Of a stretch of DNA of 64,000 nucleotides, positions 20,792 to 31,579 are shown piece after piece. How positions within the stretch are numbered: the first letter of the stretch is position 1; every line of letters starts with the position of its first letter. The notes under the pieces are model-generated. The model was not told where the DNA came from and did no database searches. It saw nothing but the letters and a program-made list of their open reading frames with translations. The position numbers and the translations under genes were made by a program. This DNA comes from an uncultured Clostridia bacterium (GTDB taxonomy: Bacteria > Bacillota > Clostridia > TANB77 > CAG-508): the NCBI GenBank assembly GCA_944386175.1, contig CALXAB010000001.1, positions 47,645-111,644 of the forward strand, given 5' to 3'.

Positions 20792-21758
20792 TTTCTGCAT
20801 AAAAATAAGAACATATTTGAAACATGCTCTTATAACTTATCTTATTTGCTCCATCTAAATTTAAATCTTTTCTTTTTTCTATTATAATATTATTTCCATC
20901 ACTCTTTAGCCATATAGTTCCATCATCTTTTGTTATAAATATATTATCTTCTTCTATTCCAATATTTTTTAGTCTTTCTAAAACATTTAAGTTTGGATGA
21001 TTATACCCTTCATTATTTCCAGCAGATATGATTGCATAAGTAGACTTTACTATATTTAAAAATTCACTAGATGTAGCATCTTCTGCTCCATGATGTGCAA
21101 CTTTTAATACATCAATTTTTTCTAAACCTTCTATTTTACTGTCTAAGTTATTTGTTAAATCTCCTGTAAATAAATATTTTGTATTTATATATTCAAGTTC
21201 AATTACTATTGATGTATCATTTAATTTATTTTTGTCAGTTGGATCTGAATTATCAACATTTAAACACTTCCACTTTGCTTTTCCTAAACTATATTCGATG
21301 TCTTGCGATTTCTCTATCTGTTGCTTGTTAATATTATTTTCTTTTATATAGTCTTCTAATTCAGTATAAAATCTTTTTCCTTGATATGTACTATATGGCA
21401 TATACAATGTTTTTACATTTATATTTGTTAATACTTCTTGCATCCCACCAATATGGTCTTCATCTATATGTGTTCCAATTAAATAATCTAATTCAACTAT
21501 TCCCTGTTCTTTCAAAAATTTTGATATATATTCTCCATCAGAGCCATTTCCACAATCTATCAACATATTGACATCATTATTCGTGACTAATATACTTTCA
21601 GCTTGTCCTACATTAAAAAAAATTATATTTAATTCTGAACTATCAATTCCAATATTTCCATATTTATTATTTAAGTTCACTTCTATAAATATTAAGAAGA
21701 TTAATACTAGTATAATTAATAATACTGTTAAAATAGATTTTAAGTTTTTCTTATTCAT
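20772..21758 (-). CDS. MBL-fold metallo-hydrolase (ComEC/Rec2-like beta-lactamase domain), membrane-anchored
   Basis: N-terminal TM. Motifs LIDCGNG and HIDEDHIGG (MBL HxHxDH). Confidence 0.7.
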   Translation of the reverse strand: MNKKNLKSILTVLLIILVLIFLIFIEVNLNNKYGNIGIDSSELNIIFFNVGQAESILVTNNDVNMLIDCGNGSDGEYISKFLKEQGIVELDYLIGTHIDEDHIGGMQEVLTNINVKTLYMPYSTYQGKRFYTELEDYIKENNINKQQIEKSQDIEYSLGKAKWKCLNVDNSDPTDKNKLNDTSIVIELEYINTKYLFTGDLTNNLDSKIEGLEKIDVLKVAHHGAEDATSSEFLNIVKSTYAIISAGNNEGYNHPNLNVLERLKNIGIEEDNIFITKDDGTIWLKSDGNNIIIEKRKDLNLDGANKISYKSMFQICSYFYAETNFYMD

Positions 21759-21767
21759 ACTCTCCTC

Positions 21768-22589
21768 CTATACATTTGCAACTTGTAATGTTTCAAAATA
21801 ATCTAGTACACTTTTAACTACCTCTTCTATTGGTAGTTCTAGCCAATTGTTTTTAGCAGTATTTAAACTCTTCAAATAATTTTTGTTATGTAATATTCTA
21901 TTTAATCTTTTAAATATATCCTCTAAGTTATTTTCTTTCATAGTTTCATCACTAAATATAAAAGTATTAAAACATTTTATCAATTTATTCTTATTTAAAT
22001 TTTCATTATTTATTAAATAATAGAAATCAAATATATCTTTGTATCTTGTAGAGATAAAACCAAATTTTAATAATGATTTCAATTTTTCTGAAAAAATTTG
22101 CTCTTTAGAATTTATTAGTAAAGTAACACTTTCTTTGATATTATTTAGATCAAAACAATATTCTTCTTGTTCAATATCAAAATTTTTATGCACTCCTATA
22201 TCTAATTTTGTTTCAATTTTATTATGTCTTTTATCTTTTAATTCAATATATACTCTTTTTCCATTATAATCTTGATGACTTAATTCTTCAATTGGAGCTA
22301 TAATTTTTATTGTTATATCTGATTCTTCATGATTCAACTTATCTATAAAATTTTCTATGGACTCATTTGATAAAGAATACTTTATAAAATCTAAGTCTAA
22401 ATCTCTTGTAGCTCGACGACTATCTTTAGAAATATTATGCATAACTACTCCACCTTTTATAGTTATATTTCTATTTAAAGAACTTTTGGATATTTTGGCT
22501 AGTATAATATCTTGACATACTTTGGCAGATGCATCTAAATGTTCATATCCATCTTTAATATAGTTATCTCTCATTTCTTTTAAATTCAT
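21768..22589 (-). CDS. AbiEii/AbiGii-family nucleotidyltransferase toxin (second family member in the window)
   Basis: KGGVVMHNIS...RATRDLDLDF is the DUF1814-type NTase motif. Overlaps the upstream antitoxin stop. Confidence 0.65.
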   Translation of the reverse strand: MNLKEMRDNYIKDGYEHLDASAKVCQDIILAKISKSSLNRNITIKGGVVMHNISKDSRRATRDLDLDFIKYSLSNESIENFIDKLNHEESDITIKIIAPIEELSHQDYNGKRVYIELKDKRHNKIETKLDIGVHKNFDIEQEEYCFDLNNIKESVTLLINSKEQIFSEKLKSLLKFGFISTRYKDIFDFYYLINNENLNKNKLIKCFNTFIFSDETMKENNLEDIFKRLNRILHNKNYLKSLNTAKNNWLELPIEEVVKSVLDYFETLQVANV

Positions 22590-23140
22590 TAAAACACCTC
22601 TCTTTGTAATGATTCATATATGTGTTCTTCATGTGGGAACATTTCTATATATTCTTCAATTTTACTTATATCTAAGCTATTTATAATTTTTCTGTAATTA
22701 GAAATTATTTCTTTGTAATAGTCAAATGCAAGTTGTTTTTTATTTCTGATTAGTTCTATTAACATTCTTTCCTTATCATATATATTTACTGTTACACCTT
22801 CTATATCAATTTGAGCTTTACCAATTTCAAATAATTTTTCTGAAACAAAGACTTGTACAATTTTATCGTCCTTAATTCTTAATGCATTTCTTTTTGTTGC
22901 TAAGTTTAATTTAGTTGGGATAACATCTGTTAAATTATGAAAATAAAATGCACTATCCATTGTAAAAATTGCATTTTTATACTTTTTTGATAATATTTCT
23001 AAATAATTTACATTTTTTGTATCTGAATATATATTTTTTTCAATTTTATATATTTCTTCTCTTTGAATTGCTTTCCTTATTTGATAGTCTGATTTGTATT
23101 TTTCCTTTATTTCTTTATGATTATATATCATTTTTACCAC
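22589..23140 (-). CDS. AbiEi-like antitoxin / transcriptional regulator
   Basis: Its position immediately upstream of, and overlapping, the NTase toxin gene. Its size fits the AbiEi family. Confidence 0.5.
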   Translation of the reverse strand: MVKMIYNHKEIKEKYKSDYQIRKAIQREEIYKIEKNIYSDTKNVNYLEILSKKYKNAIFTMDSAFYFHNLTDVIPTKLNLATKRNALRIKDDKIVQVFVSEKLFEIGKAQIDIEGVTVNIYDKERMLIELIRNKKQLAFDYYKEIISNYRKIINSLDISKIEEYIEMFPHEEHIYESLQREVF

Positions 23141-23146
23141 CCATAT

Positions 23147-23195
23147 GTATTTTAAACTAAAAACTCACACTTGTCAAGTTTGTGTGAGTTTTTAG
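23147..23195. terminator. Bidirectional rho-independent terminator (perfect 14-bp inverted repeat AAAAACTCACAC/GTGTGAGTTTTT flanked by A and T tracts)
   Basis: The sequence ctaaaaactcacacttgtcaagtttgtgtgagtttttag is read directly from the window, between convergent or adjacent genes. Confidence 0.6.
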
Positions 23196-23203
23196 TTTAA
23201 TTT

Positions 23204-23755
23204 TTATAAATAACTTACTATATCTTCAAATGTATCATGTCCACTTTCACTATTGATATGCCCACCATTTGGTATCAGAACTTGTTCTGTAGCAATTTTA
23301 TTTGCAAAATCGTTTTCTACTTCATATTTTACATATGGATCATTGTCTGAGTAGAAACATATAATTTCATTAGCATATTTTTTTACATTTTCTAAATTAT
23401 CAAAATACATTGTTCTATTTACTGTGTCATATTCTTCATTTATTCCTAAATAATTGTTAAATCCACATACAAATATTAATTTTTTAACTTTTACTTTATT
23501 TTGGGCTAAAAATTTGGATATAAATACTGGTGCAATACTATGCCCTATTATTGTTGTGTTTTCGTTTATTAATCCTAAATCTAAGTAATTTTTCAATAAT
23601 TTGCTCCAATTCTCATAATTTTGAAATCCTACTCCAATTGGAAAGTCTGGTACATATACTTGTTTTCCATCATCTTCTATAAAATCATGTAACCAACCAA
23701 ACCAATTTGAGTATGGGCTTCCAAATGATCCATGTATTATAAAATAATTTTCCAT
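23204..23755 (-). CDS. RBBP9/YdeN-family alpha/beta serine hydrolase
   Basis: IIHGSFGSP...IIGHSIAPVFI carries a GxSxG-like nucleophile elbow. The size of about 180 aa fits the family. Confidence 0.65.
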   Translation of the reverse strand: MENYFIIHGSFGSPYSNWFGWLHDFIEDDGKQVYVPDFPIGVGFQNYENWSKLLKNYLDLGLINENTTIIGHSIAPVFISKFLAQNKVKVKKLIFVCGFNNYLGINEEYDTVNRTMYFDNLENVKKYANEIICFYSDNDPYVKYEVENDFANKIATEQVLIPNGGHINSESGHDTFEDIVSYL

Positions 23756-23768
23756 TTACTTTTCCTCC

Positions 23769-24008
23769 TTAATATGTTGCATCTTGTATTCTATATTCTG
23801 TATAGTCAACAAGTTCAACCAATTCATCTAATATTTTTTCTTTTAATTCGTTGTAATCTTTTTTATTGATGTACGAATCTTCTCTTTCAAACTCATTTTC
23901 TGCTGGGTTTATATTATTAATTTTTATATCATTATTGCATAGCAATTGTTCTACTTCATATAAAATTTCTTCTGCTATTTCTTCACACCATGAATTACTA
24001 ACTAGCAT
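23769..24008 (-). CDS. Hypothetical protein (79 aa)
   Basis: ORF with a coding-like composition. Overlaps the next gene's stop. Confidence 0.35.
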   Translation of the reverse strand: MLVSNSWCEEIAEEILYEVEQLLCNNDIKINNINPAENEFEREDSYINKKDYNELKEKILDELVELVDYTEYRIQDATY

Positions 24009-24405
24009 TTTTTAATACCTCCACATCATAACAATATTTTTTTAAAATTTTTAAATCTAGTTCTATTACAGGTAACAAAATTAATTTAACAGCAATTCTT
24101 TTAACTATTTTCTTCATAATACCTAGTTCCAACAAAACACTTATTAAGTTTGTATTTGAATAGCTGTCTATTACAACTTGATTTTCTGGTAAATCTTCTT
24201 CTACATCAACTGTTACATTTGAAATTTGTGATAAGTTTGTATCATCTTCTATATAACCATATATACATAAACTCATTTTTCCTTTTCTGTATTCTCCTTT
24301 ATCAAAAAAACAGTTTTTGTATTTTACGCAATTTGATTCATAGTTAAATGTTTTCAAATAACTCCCTCCTTTTTTATAAATTTTTATTATTGTATTCAAA
24401 AACAA
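23998..24405 (-). CDS. Hypothetical protein (135 aa)
   Basis: ORF only. Confidence 0.4.
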   Translation of the reverse strand: MFLNTIIKIYKKGGSYLKTFNYESNCVKYKNCFFDKGEYRKGKMSLCIYGYIEDDTNLSQISNVTVDVEEDLPENQVVIDSYSNTNLISVLLELGIMKKIVKRIAVKLILLPVIELDLKILKKYCYDVEVLKNAS

Positions 24406-24765
24406 TAAACTACCCTCCTTTCTTTTTAAAACAAAAAAATAACAAGTTAGATTTCTCTTTCCTGTTATTTTATCTTGTTATATTTACTTTTAAGCACAAT
24501 TCCCCTATAGCCATGTTAAAACTATAAGAGACATTTTATAAAGTGCCACTTACTTTACCTTTGCTTGTAAGCAAAGGTATGCTGATAAATCAGCTTACCC
24601 TATTACTAGGTGTTACTTCATCAGTAACTATTTTTGAATACACATATATTATAATACATAATTTTTTTTTGTACAATATATACATATAATTTTTTTAATT
24701 GCTTACATATCAACTATTTAAAGTCTTTTTTATATCCACAATATTTTGAAGTAAACTTTTTATAA

Positions 24766-25515
24766 CTATTTCTTAATCAATTTTTTACTATAAAATTCAT
24801 AGTACTTATCATCTATGTTTTGGATCTTTTCTATCAATTTATTATATTTTTTTCTTCTTACTCCTATTTTTAAAGGTTTAACTATTTTCAATTCCTCTTT
24901 ATCCATACCATCAGATTTATAAAATCTCAATATTTCATACCTTATTGTGTCAAATTCACTTTGTGTATATATTTTATTCTTTTCTATTTCTATCCCTAAT
25001 TTTTTTAATATTTTTAATTCTTTACTATTTAACTCATCATATAAACTTATAATTTTTTTATTAGTGTATTCTTCATACCATTCTTCATATTCCATACTTA
25101 TCTCTCCTTTAATTACTTTATCATTTTTAAGTAGTTTCTCTATTTTTCTTATCTCTTCTATTATTATTGTATCATCATAATACGGTTTTTCTATATATCC
25201 TCCTATTTTTAATTTTTCATCTTTTTTAATAATATAATCTTTTTTGTCTGATGAAATAATCAAAAAATATGGTGAATATTGATTTTTACTATATTTTTTA
25301 ATTATGTCTAATCCTGTATATTTATAGTTTTTTCTCATTAAATCTGTAATAACTATGTCTGGTTTTAGAGTATCAATCATTATAACTTCATCATAATCAT
25401 TATTAGCAAGTCCTACTATCTCTATTTCTTCAAATTTACCTAAATATTTAGCAATTTGGTTACATATTGTTGAGTTATCATCTGCAATCAATACTTTTAT
25501 TGTATCATTTTCCAT
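24766..25515 (-). CDS. Orphan response-regulator receiver-domain protein with an uncharacterised C-terminal domain
   Basis: VLIADDNSTI...PDIVITDLMRKN is a CheY-like receiver with the phospho-accepting Asp context. No kinase is adjacent. Confidence 0.6.
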   Translation of the reverse strand: MENDTIKVLIADDNSTICNQIAKYLGKFEEIEIVGLANNDYDEVIMIDTLKPDIVITDLMRKNYKYTGLDIIKKYSKNQYSPYFLIISSDKKDYIIKKDEKLKIGGYIEKPYYDDTIIIEEIRKIEKLLKNDKVIKGEISMEYEEWYEEYTNKKIISLYDELNSKELKILKKLGIEIEKNKIYTQSEFDTIRYEILRFYKSDGMDKEELKIVKPLKIGVRRKKYNKLIEKIQNIDDKYYEFYSKKLIKK

Positions 25516-25593
25516 ACTTTCTCCTTTCTCGTATAAATTTTAATTTAACATTTTTATATAGACCATGAATATGGTCTATATTTATGAAAAAAA

Positions 25594-25884
25594 TTGCTAT
25601 ATTATAAAAAGAAAGGATTTACAAATATGTTATTAAATGATGCAATTAAAATACGAATAGAATATTTTTTAAATAGAAATGGATTATCTTCATTATGGGA
25701 TTTATATAAAGTATCTGGTGTACCTAAATCAACTATTAATTCATTGTTTTCTTCACAGACAAATTCTCTCCCACGTCTTTCAACATTACTGCATTTATGT
25801 GAAGGTTTAAATACAAACTTGAAAGAGTTTTTTAATGATGATATATTTCTTGATGTTGAAGATTATACAGAAGATAAAAAATAG
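25594..25884 (+). CDS. Helix-turn-helix domain protein
   Basis: LYKVSGVPKSTINSLF is an HTH motif. The start may be the internal Met (MLLNDAIK). Confidence 0.45.
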   Translation: MLYYKKKGFTNMLLNDAIKIRIEYFLNRNGLSSLWDLYKVSGVPKSTINSLFSSQTNSLPRLSTLLHLCEGLNTNLKEFFNDDIFLDVEDYTEDKK

Positions 25885-26064
25885 TTTTCTGTATTGTCTT
25901 TTTTTTGTAAAATTTCTTTATTTTATATTTTTATAGCACTTTTTATTTTATTCGAATTTTATCATTTTTTTATCAATACTTATATTGTATTTTTGCCATA
26001 ATATCAATATAAGTTTGTTCTGTTTGACTTAAAATTCCTATATTATTGATAAAAAAGGAGATTT

Positions 26065-26424
26065 TTGATGAAAAAAAATGACAACTTAAAATTTATTGGA
26101 AATAATATTCAACTTGCAAGGCTAAAAAGAGGCTTAACTCAAGAGACTTTAGCAGAAAAGTGTGATGTTTCTACTAATTATATTAGCTCTTTAGAACGTG
26201 GTCTTACTTCTGGTAGTATTCCTCTTATAATAAGCATTTGTAATGTTTTACAAGTTACTCCAAATTATTTATTTAATTATTCATCTAATACTGAAAATTT
26301 TAATGATAATGTTGATATAATTAATCCTGAAATACTTATTTGTTATTCTAAATTAAAGGATGAAAATAAAATATTTGTAAATCAAACAATACGCCATCTA
26401 TATGGTATGCAAAAAAAGAGATAA
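26065..26424 (+). CDS. XRE-family transcriptional regulator
   Basis: LKRGLTQETLAEKCDVSTNYISSLERG is a canonical Cro/C1 HTH. Confidence 0.8.
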   Translation: MMKKNDNLKFIGNNIQLARLKRGLTQETLAEKCDVSTNYISSLERGLTSGSIPLIISICNVLQVTPNYLFNYSSNTENFNDNVDIINPEILICYSKLKDENKIFVNQTIRHLYGMQKKR

Positions 26425-26488
26425 ATAAAATAAAGAGGGAGTAGTATATATTTGTTAAATCAACATTTATATCTACTCCCCTTTCAAC

Positions 26489-27163
26489 TTAGTCTTTCGG
26501 GTCTTTAATAACAATTCTAAAAGAGATGTCTGGACTTTCTCTTTCTGGGTCTGCCCATGTTCTGAAAATAGGAGAATGTTTTTCACCTGTGTTAAAGCAT
26601 GAGCCATGTCCTCCCCTAATAATTCTATGATGGTCATACAGTTCAGATTTTTCTGTTGTCCATGTATATGCATTTCCCCAGAAACAATCTAAACGGTTAC
26701 GCATCCAATTAGGATTTGAGCCTGTTTTCTTTAAAATAAATGGATTGGTATAATTCCCAATATCATCATTTCCTTTAATAAAAACTTCCTCAAAAGTTGC
26801 TGCACCTGTTTGTACTAACCACATAGCAATTCGGTTATATTCTTCGTTTCCTATTACAGTTCCATCCATCTTTTTTGCTAATTCCATTGCATCAGGAAAT
26901 TTAATATTTACACATGGATATTTTCCTGCAATTGAATATGGATTTCCTTTGTTGTCTATAGATATCTCATATCTTGAAATCCAAAAACCTCTTACATATA
27001 ACCCATCTGCTGTGTACCCTGATGGAATTCTTAAAAGATGATTTCCATTATCATCTTCTATTACATATCCATCATTAATAGTTCCTTCTTTGAAGTGATA
27101 TTTCTCTAAAACATCTACTTCAATCCGATCACCATCACAATACTCTACAAATCTTTCTCTCAT
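26489..27163 (-). CDS. Formylglycine-generating enzyme (SUMF1/FGE)-family protein
   Basis: GFWISRYEIS...IAMWLV...RIIRGGHGS...ISFRIV are motifs of the FGE-sulfatase domain. Confidence 0.6.
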   Translation of the reverse strand: MRERFVEYCDGDRIEVDVLEKYHFKEGTINDGYVIEDDNGNHLLRIPSGYTADGLYVRGFWISRYEISIDNKGNPYSIAGKYPCVNIKFPDAMELAKKMDGTVIGNEEYNRIAMWLVQTGAATFEEVFIKGNDDIGNYTNPFILKKTGSNPNWMRNRLDCFWGNAYTWTTEKSELYDHHRIIRGGHGSCFNTGEKHSPIFRTWADPERESPDISFRIVIKDPKD

Positions 27164-27291
27164 GTTAATGACCTCCTATATAAAGACTTGTTAATAAGAT
27201 ACCAATTAGCTTTTGCTAATTGGTATTATTATATATTATGGTATTGATTTTGTCAACATAATTAAATTTTAATCAATTTATACTTTTAAAA

Positions 27292-27975
27292 TTACTTTCC
27301 AAAAATTCTACTTGCTTCTACTTGATTATATAATGCTTCTTCATTATCATAATAGAAAGCCCATTCTTTATCTCCATATGAAAAGTGCCACCACTCACCA
27401 TCATATGGAGCAAATCCTTCTTTCATCATAATTTTTCTTAATAATTTCCTATTATTTTTTGCTTCCTCTGATATATTTTCAGTTTCATAATAGCATTGTA
27501 TAGTACTATAATCTAATATATCTGAACCAAAATCTAATATTTTATTTTCAACATCATCATATATAGCTGCATCAACTGCTCCACCTGTCGGATGTCCTGA
27601 AACAACTGGTACAGCAATTTTCTCATGTATGTATTCATACATCTCTATTTCATCTTCAAATTTATCCTTTACTTCTTCTAGGATTTCATTAAAATATTTC
27701 TCTTGTTTTTTCATATCTCTAAAACCATATACTACTATTATTTTATAATTTTCATTTACTTCTTTTAACTTTTTTGCAACATTTATAAGTTTTTTATAAA
27801 CAGTTTTTCTTACAGCTATTTGATGTCCATATTCCAACATATTTCTTCTTTCTTGATATTTTCCAATCACTAGGTCATCTTCTAATGGAAGTAGTACAAA
27901 TTCTTCTTTGTCTGTTTCTTCATTAAAGTTCTCAATAGTTATCAAATCTTCATATCTTACAAAATTATTTGCCAT
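27292..27975 (-). CDS. D-Ala-D-Ala dipeptidase (VanX/DdpX, peptidase M15D)
   Basis: SGHPTGGAVD (SxHxxGxAxD) and EWWHF motifs. Confidence 0.7.
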   Translation of the reverse strand: MANNFVRYEDLITIENFNEETDKEEFVLLPLEDDLVIGKYQERRNMLEYGHQIAVRKTVYKKLINVAKKLKEVNENYKIIVVYGFRDMKKQEKYFNEILEEVKDKFEDEIEMYEYIHEKIAVPVVSGHPTGGAVDAAIYDDVENKILDFGSDILDYSTIQCYYETENISEEAKNNRKLLRKIMMKEGFAPYDGEWWHFSYGDKEWAFYYDNEEALYNQVEASRIFGK

Positions 27976-27997
27976 TTGTATATTTGTCCTTTCTTTC

Positions 27998-29317
27998 CTA
28001 TTTTTTATTTTTTTGTAGTATTTTTATAGTTTCATCTAGCGTTATAGTATTTTGTTCCCCTGAATTCATATCTTTTAATGTTATTACATTATTTTTTATT
28101 TCTTCATCTCCTATAATTATTACATAATTTGCATTAATATTATTAGCATACTTGAATTTTTTTCCTATCTTTTGTTGTTCAATATTAATTTGTACATTTA
28201 TACCCTTTTCTCTTAGTTTTGCAGCTACTTTTGCACACATTTCACAGTCATCTGTCATTGAAATTATTAATACTTCTGCAATTGTTTCTTCAGTTGCTGA
28301 AATTATTTTATTATCTATTAGTTGAAAAAATAGCCTTGATAATCCTATTGAAATCCCTACTCCTGGCATTTTTCTATCAGTATAAAATTCTGTTAAATTG
28401 TCATATCTTCCTCCTGAACATATACTTCCTAAGTTTTTATATTGATTTAAAAATGTTTCATAAACTGTTCCTGTATAATAATCTAACCCTCTAGCAATAC
28501 TCAAATCAATTTTATAATTCTCTTCTGGAACTCCAAATATTTCAATAAATTTAGAAACTTCTTTTATTTCTTTTATACCTTCATTAAATATTTCATTATT
28601 AATTTGCATATTTTCTAATTCTTTTATTTTTTCTTCATTGTTTCCTCCTATACCCAAAAATTTAATTATAACATTAGCTTTTTTTTCTGGCATAAGTACT
28701 AATAATTCTTTTTTTACTTCTTCTTTTCCTATTTTTTCTATTTTATCAATTATTCTTAATATTTCAGATGATATATCTTCAAGTTTTAAACTTGAAAAAA
28801 GTCCATTTAATATTTTTCGATTATTTATACATATTGTAAAATCATCAAATCCTAACTTTTTAAAGGTATTATATATAATAGATGGAATTTCTGCATCATT
28901 TATTATTGACAATTCACCATCTCCAATAATATCAACATCACATTGATAAAATTCTCTATATCTTCCTCTTTGAGGTTTCTCACCACGATATACTTTTCCT
29001 ATTTGGTATCTTTTAAATGGAAAACTTAATTTATCATAGTATTCAGTTACATATTTAGCTAATGGTACTGTTAAATCAAACCTCAAAGCTAAATCTGTAT
29101 CTCCTTTTTCAAATCTATAAATTTGTTTTTCCGTTTCTCCTCCAGCTTTGGCCAGTAAAACATTTGCATCTTCTATTATTGGTGTATCTAATGGTACAAA
29201 ACCATATTGTTCGTAAGATTCTTGTATTATCGCTCTCATTTTATTAAATAATATTTGTTCATTAGGTAATAATTCCATAAATCCTGGTAAAGTTTTTGGT
29301 TGTATTTTCCCTTTCAT
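27998..29317 (-). CDS. hisS: Histidine--tRNA ligase (paralog 1, full length with anticodon-binding domain)
   Basis: Class II motif 2 (REFYQCDVDIIG) and motif 3 (GGRYDNL). C-terminal anticodon-binding domain. Confidence 0.8.
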   Translation of the reverse strand: MKGKIQPKTLPGFMELLPNEQILFNKMRAIIQESYEQYGFVPLDTPIIEDANVLLAKAGGETEKQIYRFEKGDTDLALRFDLTVPLAKYVTEYYDKLSFPFKRYQIGKVYRGEKPQRGRYREFYQCDVDIIGDGELSIINDAEIPSIIYNTFKKLGFDDFTICINNRKILNGLFSSLKLEDISSEILRIIDKIEKIGKEEVKKELLVLMPEKKANVIIKFLGIGGNNEEKIKELENMQINNEIFNEGIKEIKEVSKFIEIFGVPEENYKIDLSIARGLDYYTGTVYETFLNQYKNLGSICSGGRYDNLTEFYTDRKMPGVGISIGLSRLFFQLIDNKIISATEETIAEVLIISMTDDCEMCAKVAAKLREKGINVQINIEQQKIGKKFKYANNINANYVIIIGDEEIKNNVITLKDMNSGEQNTITLDETIKILQKNKK

Positions 29318-29329
29318 TCTAACTCCTCC

Positions 29330-29980
29330 TTAATAATCTCCTTTAATATTTTTTTTCTTTTTATTTCCTTGTTTTTTATGTCTTTCAATTAATTTATCTT
29401 CTATTTCTTGTATTGAAACATTAGATTTAAACATTAATACTAGTGTATGATATATTAAATCAGAAATTTCTCCTATCAATTCTTTTTTATCTATGTTTTT
29501 CGCAGCTATTACTGTTTCAGTTGCTTCTTCACCAACTTTTTTGCATATTTTATCTATTCCTTCATCTAATAAATAATTAGTATATGAATTTTCCTTTGGA
29601 TTAATATTTCTATCAATTATCTGATTATAAATATCCTGTAAGATATTTGTATCATCATTATTTTCATAAGAAACTATTTCCTTAAAAAAGCATGAATAGT
29701 TACCAGTATGACATGCTCCTTTTCCTTCCTGCTTTACATAAATCAACAATGTGTCGTTGTCACAATCTAAATACATGCCTTTTATTTCTTGAATATTTCC
29801 TGATGTTTCTCCTTTATGCCATAATTCTTTTCTACTTCTTGAATAAAAACATGTTTGTTTGTTTTCTATCATATATTTATAACTATCTTCGTTTACATAT
29901 GCTAACATCAATACTTCTTTTGTTTTATAATCTTGTACTATTGCTGGAATTAACTCCATCTTTTTAAAATCTGGCTTCAA
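29330..29980 (-). CDS. hisIE: Bifunctional phosphoribosyl-AMP cyclohydrolase / phosphoribosyl-ATP pyrophosphatase
   Basis: HisI region LIPAIVQD...[15 protein letters not shown]...LDCDNDTLL. HisE region [13 protein letters not shown]...LIYHTLVL. Confidence 0.85.
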   Translation of the reverse strand: MKPDFKKMELIPAIVQDYKTKEVLMLAYVNEDSYKYMIENKQTCFYSRSRKELWHKGETSGNIQEIKGMYLDCDNDTLLIYVKQEGKGACHTGNYSCFFKEIVSYENNDDTNILQDIYNQIIDRNINPKENSYTNYLLDEGIDKICKKVGEEATETVIAAKNIDKKELIGEISDLIYHTLVLMFKSNVSIQEIEDKLIERHKKQGNKKKKNIKGDY

Positions 29981-30082
29981 TATTCTTCAACTCCTAAAAT
30001 ATTTATATTACTTATATATTGTTATTTTTATTGTGGGGAAAATAATACAATTATTTTCCCCTTTGATTAAACACTTTAAATC

Positions 30083-31447
30083 TTAAAGCTCTTTATCAAG
30101 GTAGATTTTTAAATCTTCCTCTTTTCTCTCTTTCTGTAATCTTCTCATCTTGTCAACACTACTTACACCTTCAAGTAATTTAAATCCTAATTTCACGGCA
30201 ATATTATAGGACATAGATTTACCTATTTCGAGAGTTTTCATATATACTCTTTCATAACCATCCTCTTTCATTACTTCAATAGCATATTTCATTAACTCTG
30301 TCCCAATTCCTTTTCCACGAAACTCTTGTAAGACTGTTATATCAGCAAGATATGCTGTTTTTTCTGGATTATCATAATGGACAGGATGCCTATCTTTTAA
30401 TAACATTTTTCTAAAAGTTACTGTTCCTATACATTCATCTCCAATATAATATCCATAAACATGACCGTATTTTGTTAGTTCTTCATATTCTTCTTTGATT
30501 AAATCATCTGTCCAATCCTCACAATATGGGGGATTACAAAATACTTTATATGCTTTTATAAAGTCTTTTATTTTATCTGGTGTTATTGCTTTGATTCTCC
30601 GTGCCATCATAGTTTTTTCCTCCTCTAATTCAATTGAATATTTTTTTCCATCAGTTTCAACATTGCCTAAAATAGTAGCCTTTTCAAAATTCCCTTCTTT
30701 ATAGATTATGTCTGCTGTAATAATCAATCCAGAAGGCTGTAAAACATCAATTTTTACACTTTCATTTTTTAAATAAGCTTCTACAATACATGTAGCTGTT
30801 GTCCCAGACCCACATGCTGTTTCATAGAAAAGTGTATGAATTTCCTTAACCCATACAATTGGATTAATCTTTATTACACCTTTTTCTTTTTCGCAGAACA
30901 TAACTCCTACTGCTTCACTATATTCAAGATGATATTTATGAATATAGTGCATCCCCATTGCTTTTAAATCCTTCTTATTAATAAGATATTTTTTAGCAAT
31001 TTCATCTTGAATAACTACAGTTACCATACCATTCATTTTTACAATAAAAATTCCTGGCTCTTTTTCAGTGATTACATCATCACCATGATAAAGTGGAATT
31101 TCGCACCATGCCTTTCCTTCTTCATCAACTCCTGCATTAATCAAATCTTTAGAATTTACAAACATTTGTAAATTCCCTGATTTACCATTTAAATAAATGG
31201 TTGCTGCACTTCTTGTTGCATTACCACAAAACTCTCCCCCTGCCATTTGCAATTCAGGTTTATGATTTAATTCAATAAACCCAACCTGCTCAACATTAGA
31301 ATGTTTTGCCATAATCAAATCGTTGATTTTCTTTCTCTGTTTTTGTGTATATTCCAATCCATAAACGAATGCTGTATCATTACCAGCTGGTCTATAAATT
31401 GAATATTCCACATTAGTTACAGATGCTTTGCAATGTTTTTCGTTCAT
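30083..31447 (-). CDS. Fusion protein: DapF-like (diaminopimelate-epimerase fold) N-terminal domain plus C-terminal GNAT acetyltransferase
   Basis: N-terminal YRPAGNDTAFV and CGNATRSAA resemble the two DapF active-site regions. C-terminal FRGKGIGTELMKYAIE is the GNAT motif A. Confidence 0.5.
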   Translation of the reverse strand: MNEKHCKASVTNVEYSIYRPAGNDTAFVYGLEYTQKQRKKINDLIMAKHSNVEQVGFIELNHKPELQMAGGEFCGNATRSAATIYLNGKSGNLQMFVNSKDLINAGVDEEGKAWCEIPLYHGDDVITEKEPGIFIVKMNGMVTVVIQDEIAKKYLINKKDLKAMGMHYIHKYHLEYSEAVGVMFCEKEKGVIKINPIVWVKEIHTLFYETACGSGTTATCIVEAYLKNESVKIDVLQPSGLIITADIIYKEGNFEKATILGNVETDGKKYSIELEEEKTMMARRIKAITPDKIKDFIKAYKVFCNPPYCEDWTDDLIKEEYEELTKYGHVYGYYIGDECIGTVTFRKMLLKDRHPVHYDNPEKTAYLADITVLQEFRGKGIGTELMKYAIEVMKEDGYERVYMKTLEIGKSMSYNIAVKLGFKLLEGVSSVDKMRRLQKERKEEDLKIYLDKEL

Positions 31448-31579
31448 AATGTTCTCCTTTCTTTGAATTGAAGGTAAGTATAAAATATTTATACTTAGTA
31501 ATGAATAAATTACATTAATTATTATATATTCATTTTATGTAAAAGTCAAGAAAATCCAGTATATTCAAGACTTTTACGG

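Noticed and set aside
26473-26673. 66-aa ORF overlapping the 3' end of the FGE-like gene
   Set aside because: It is an alternative frame of a well-supported CDS.
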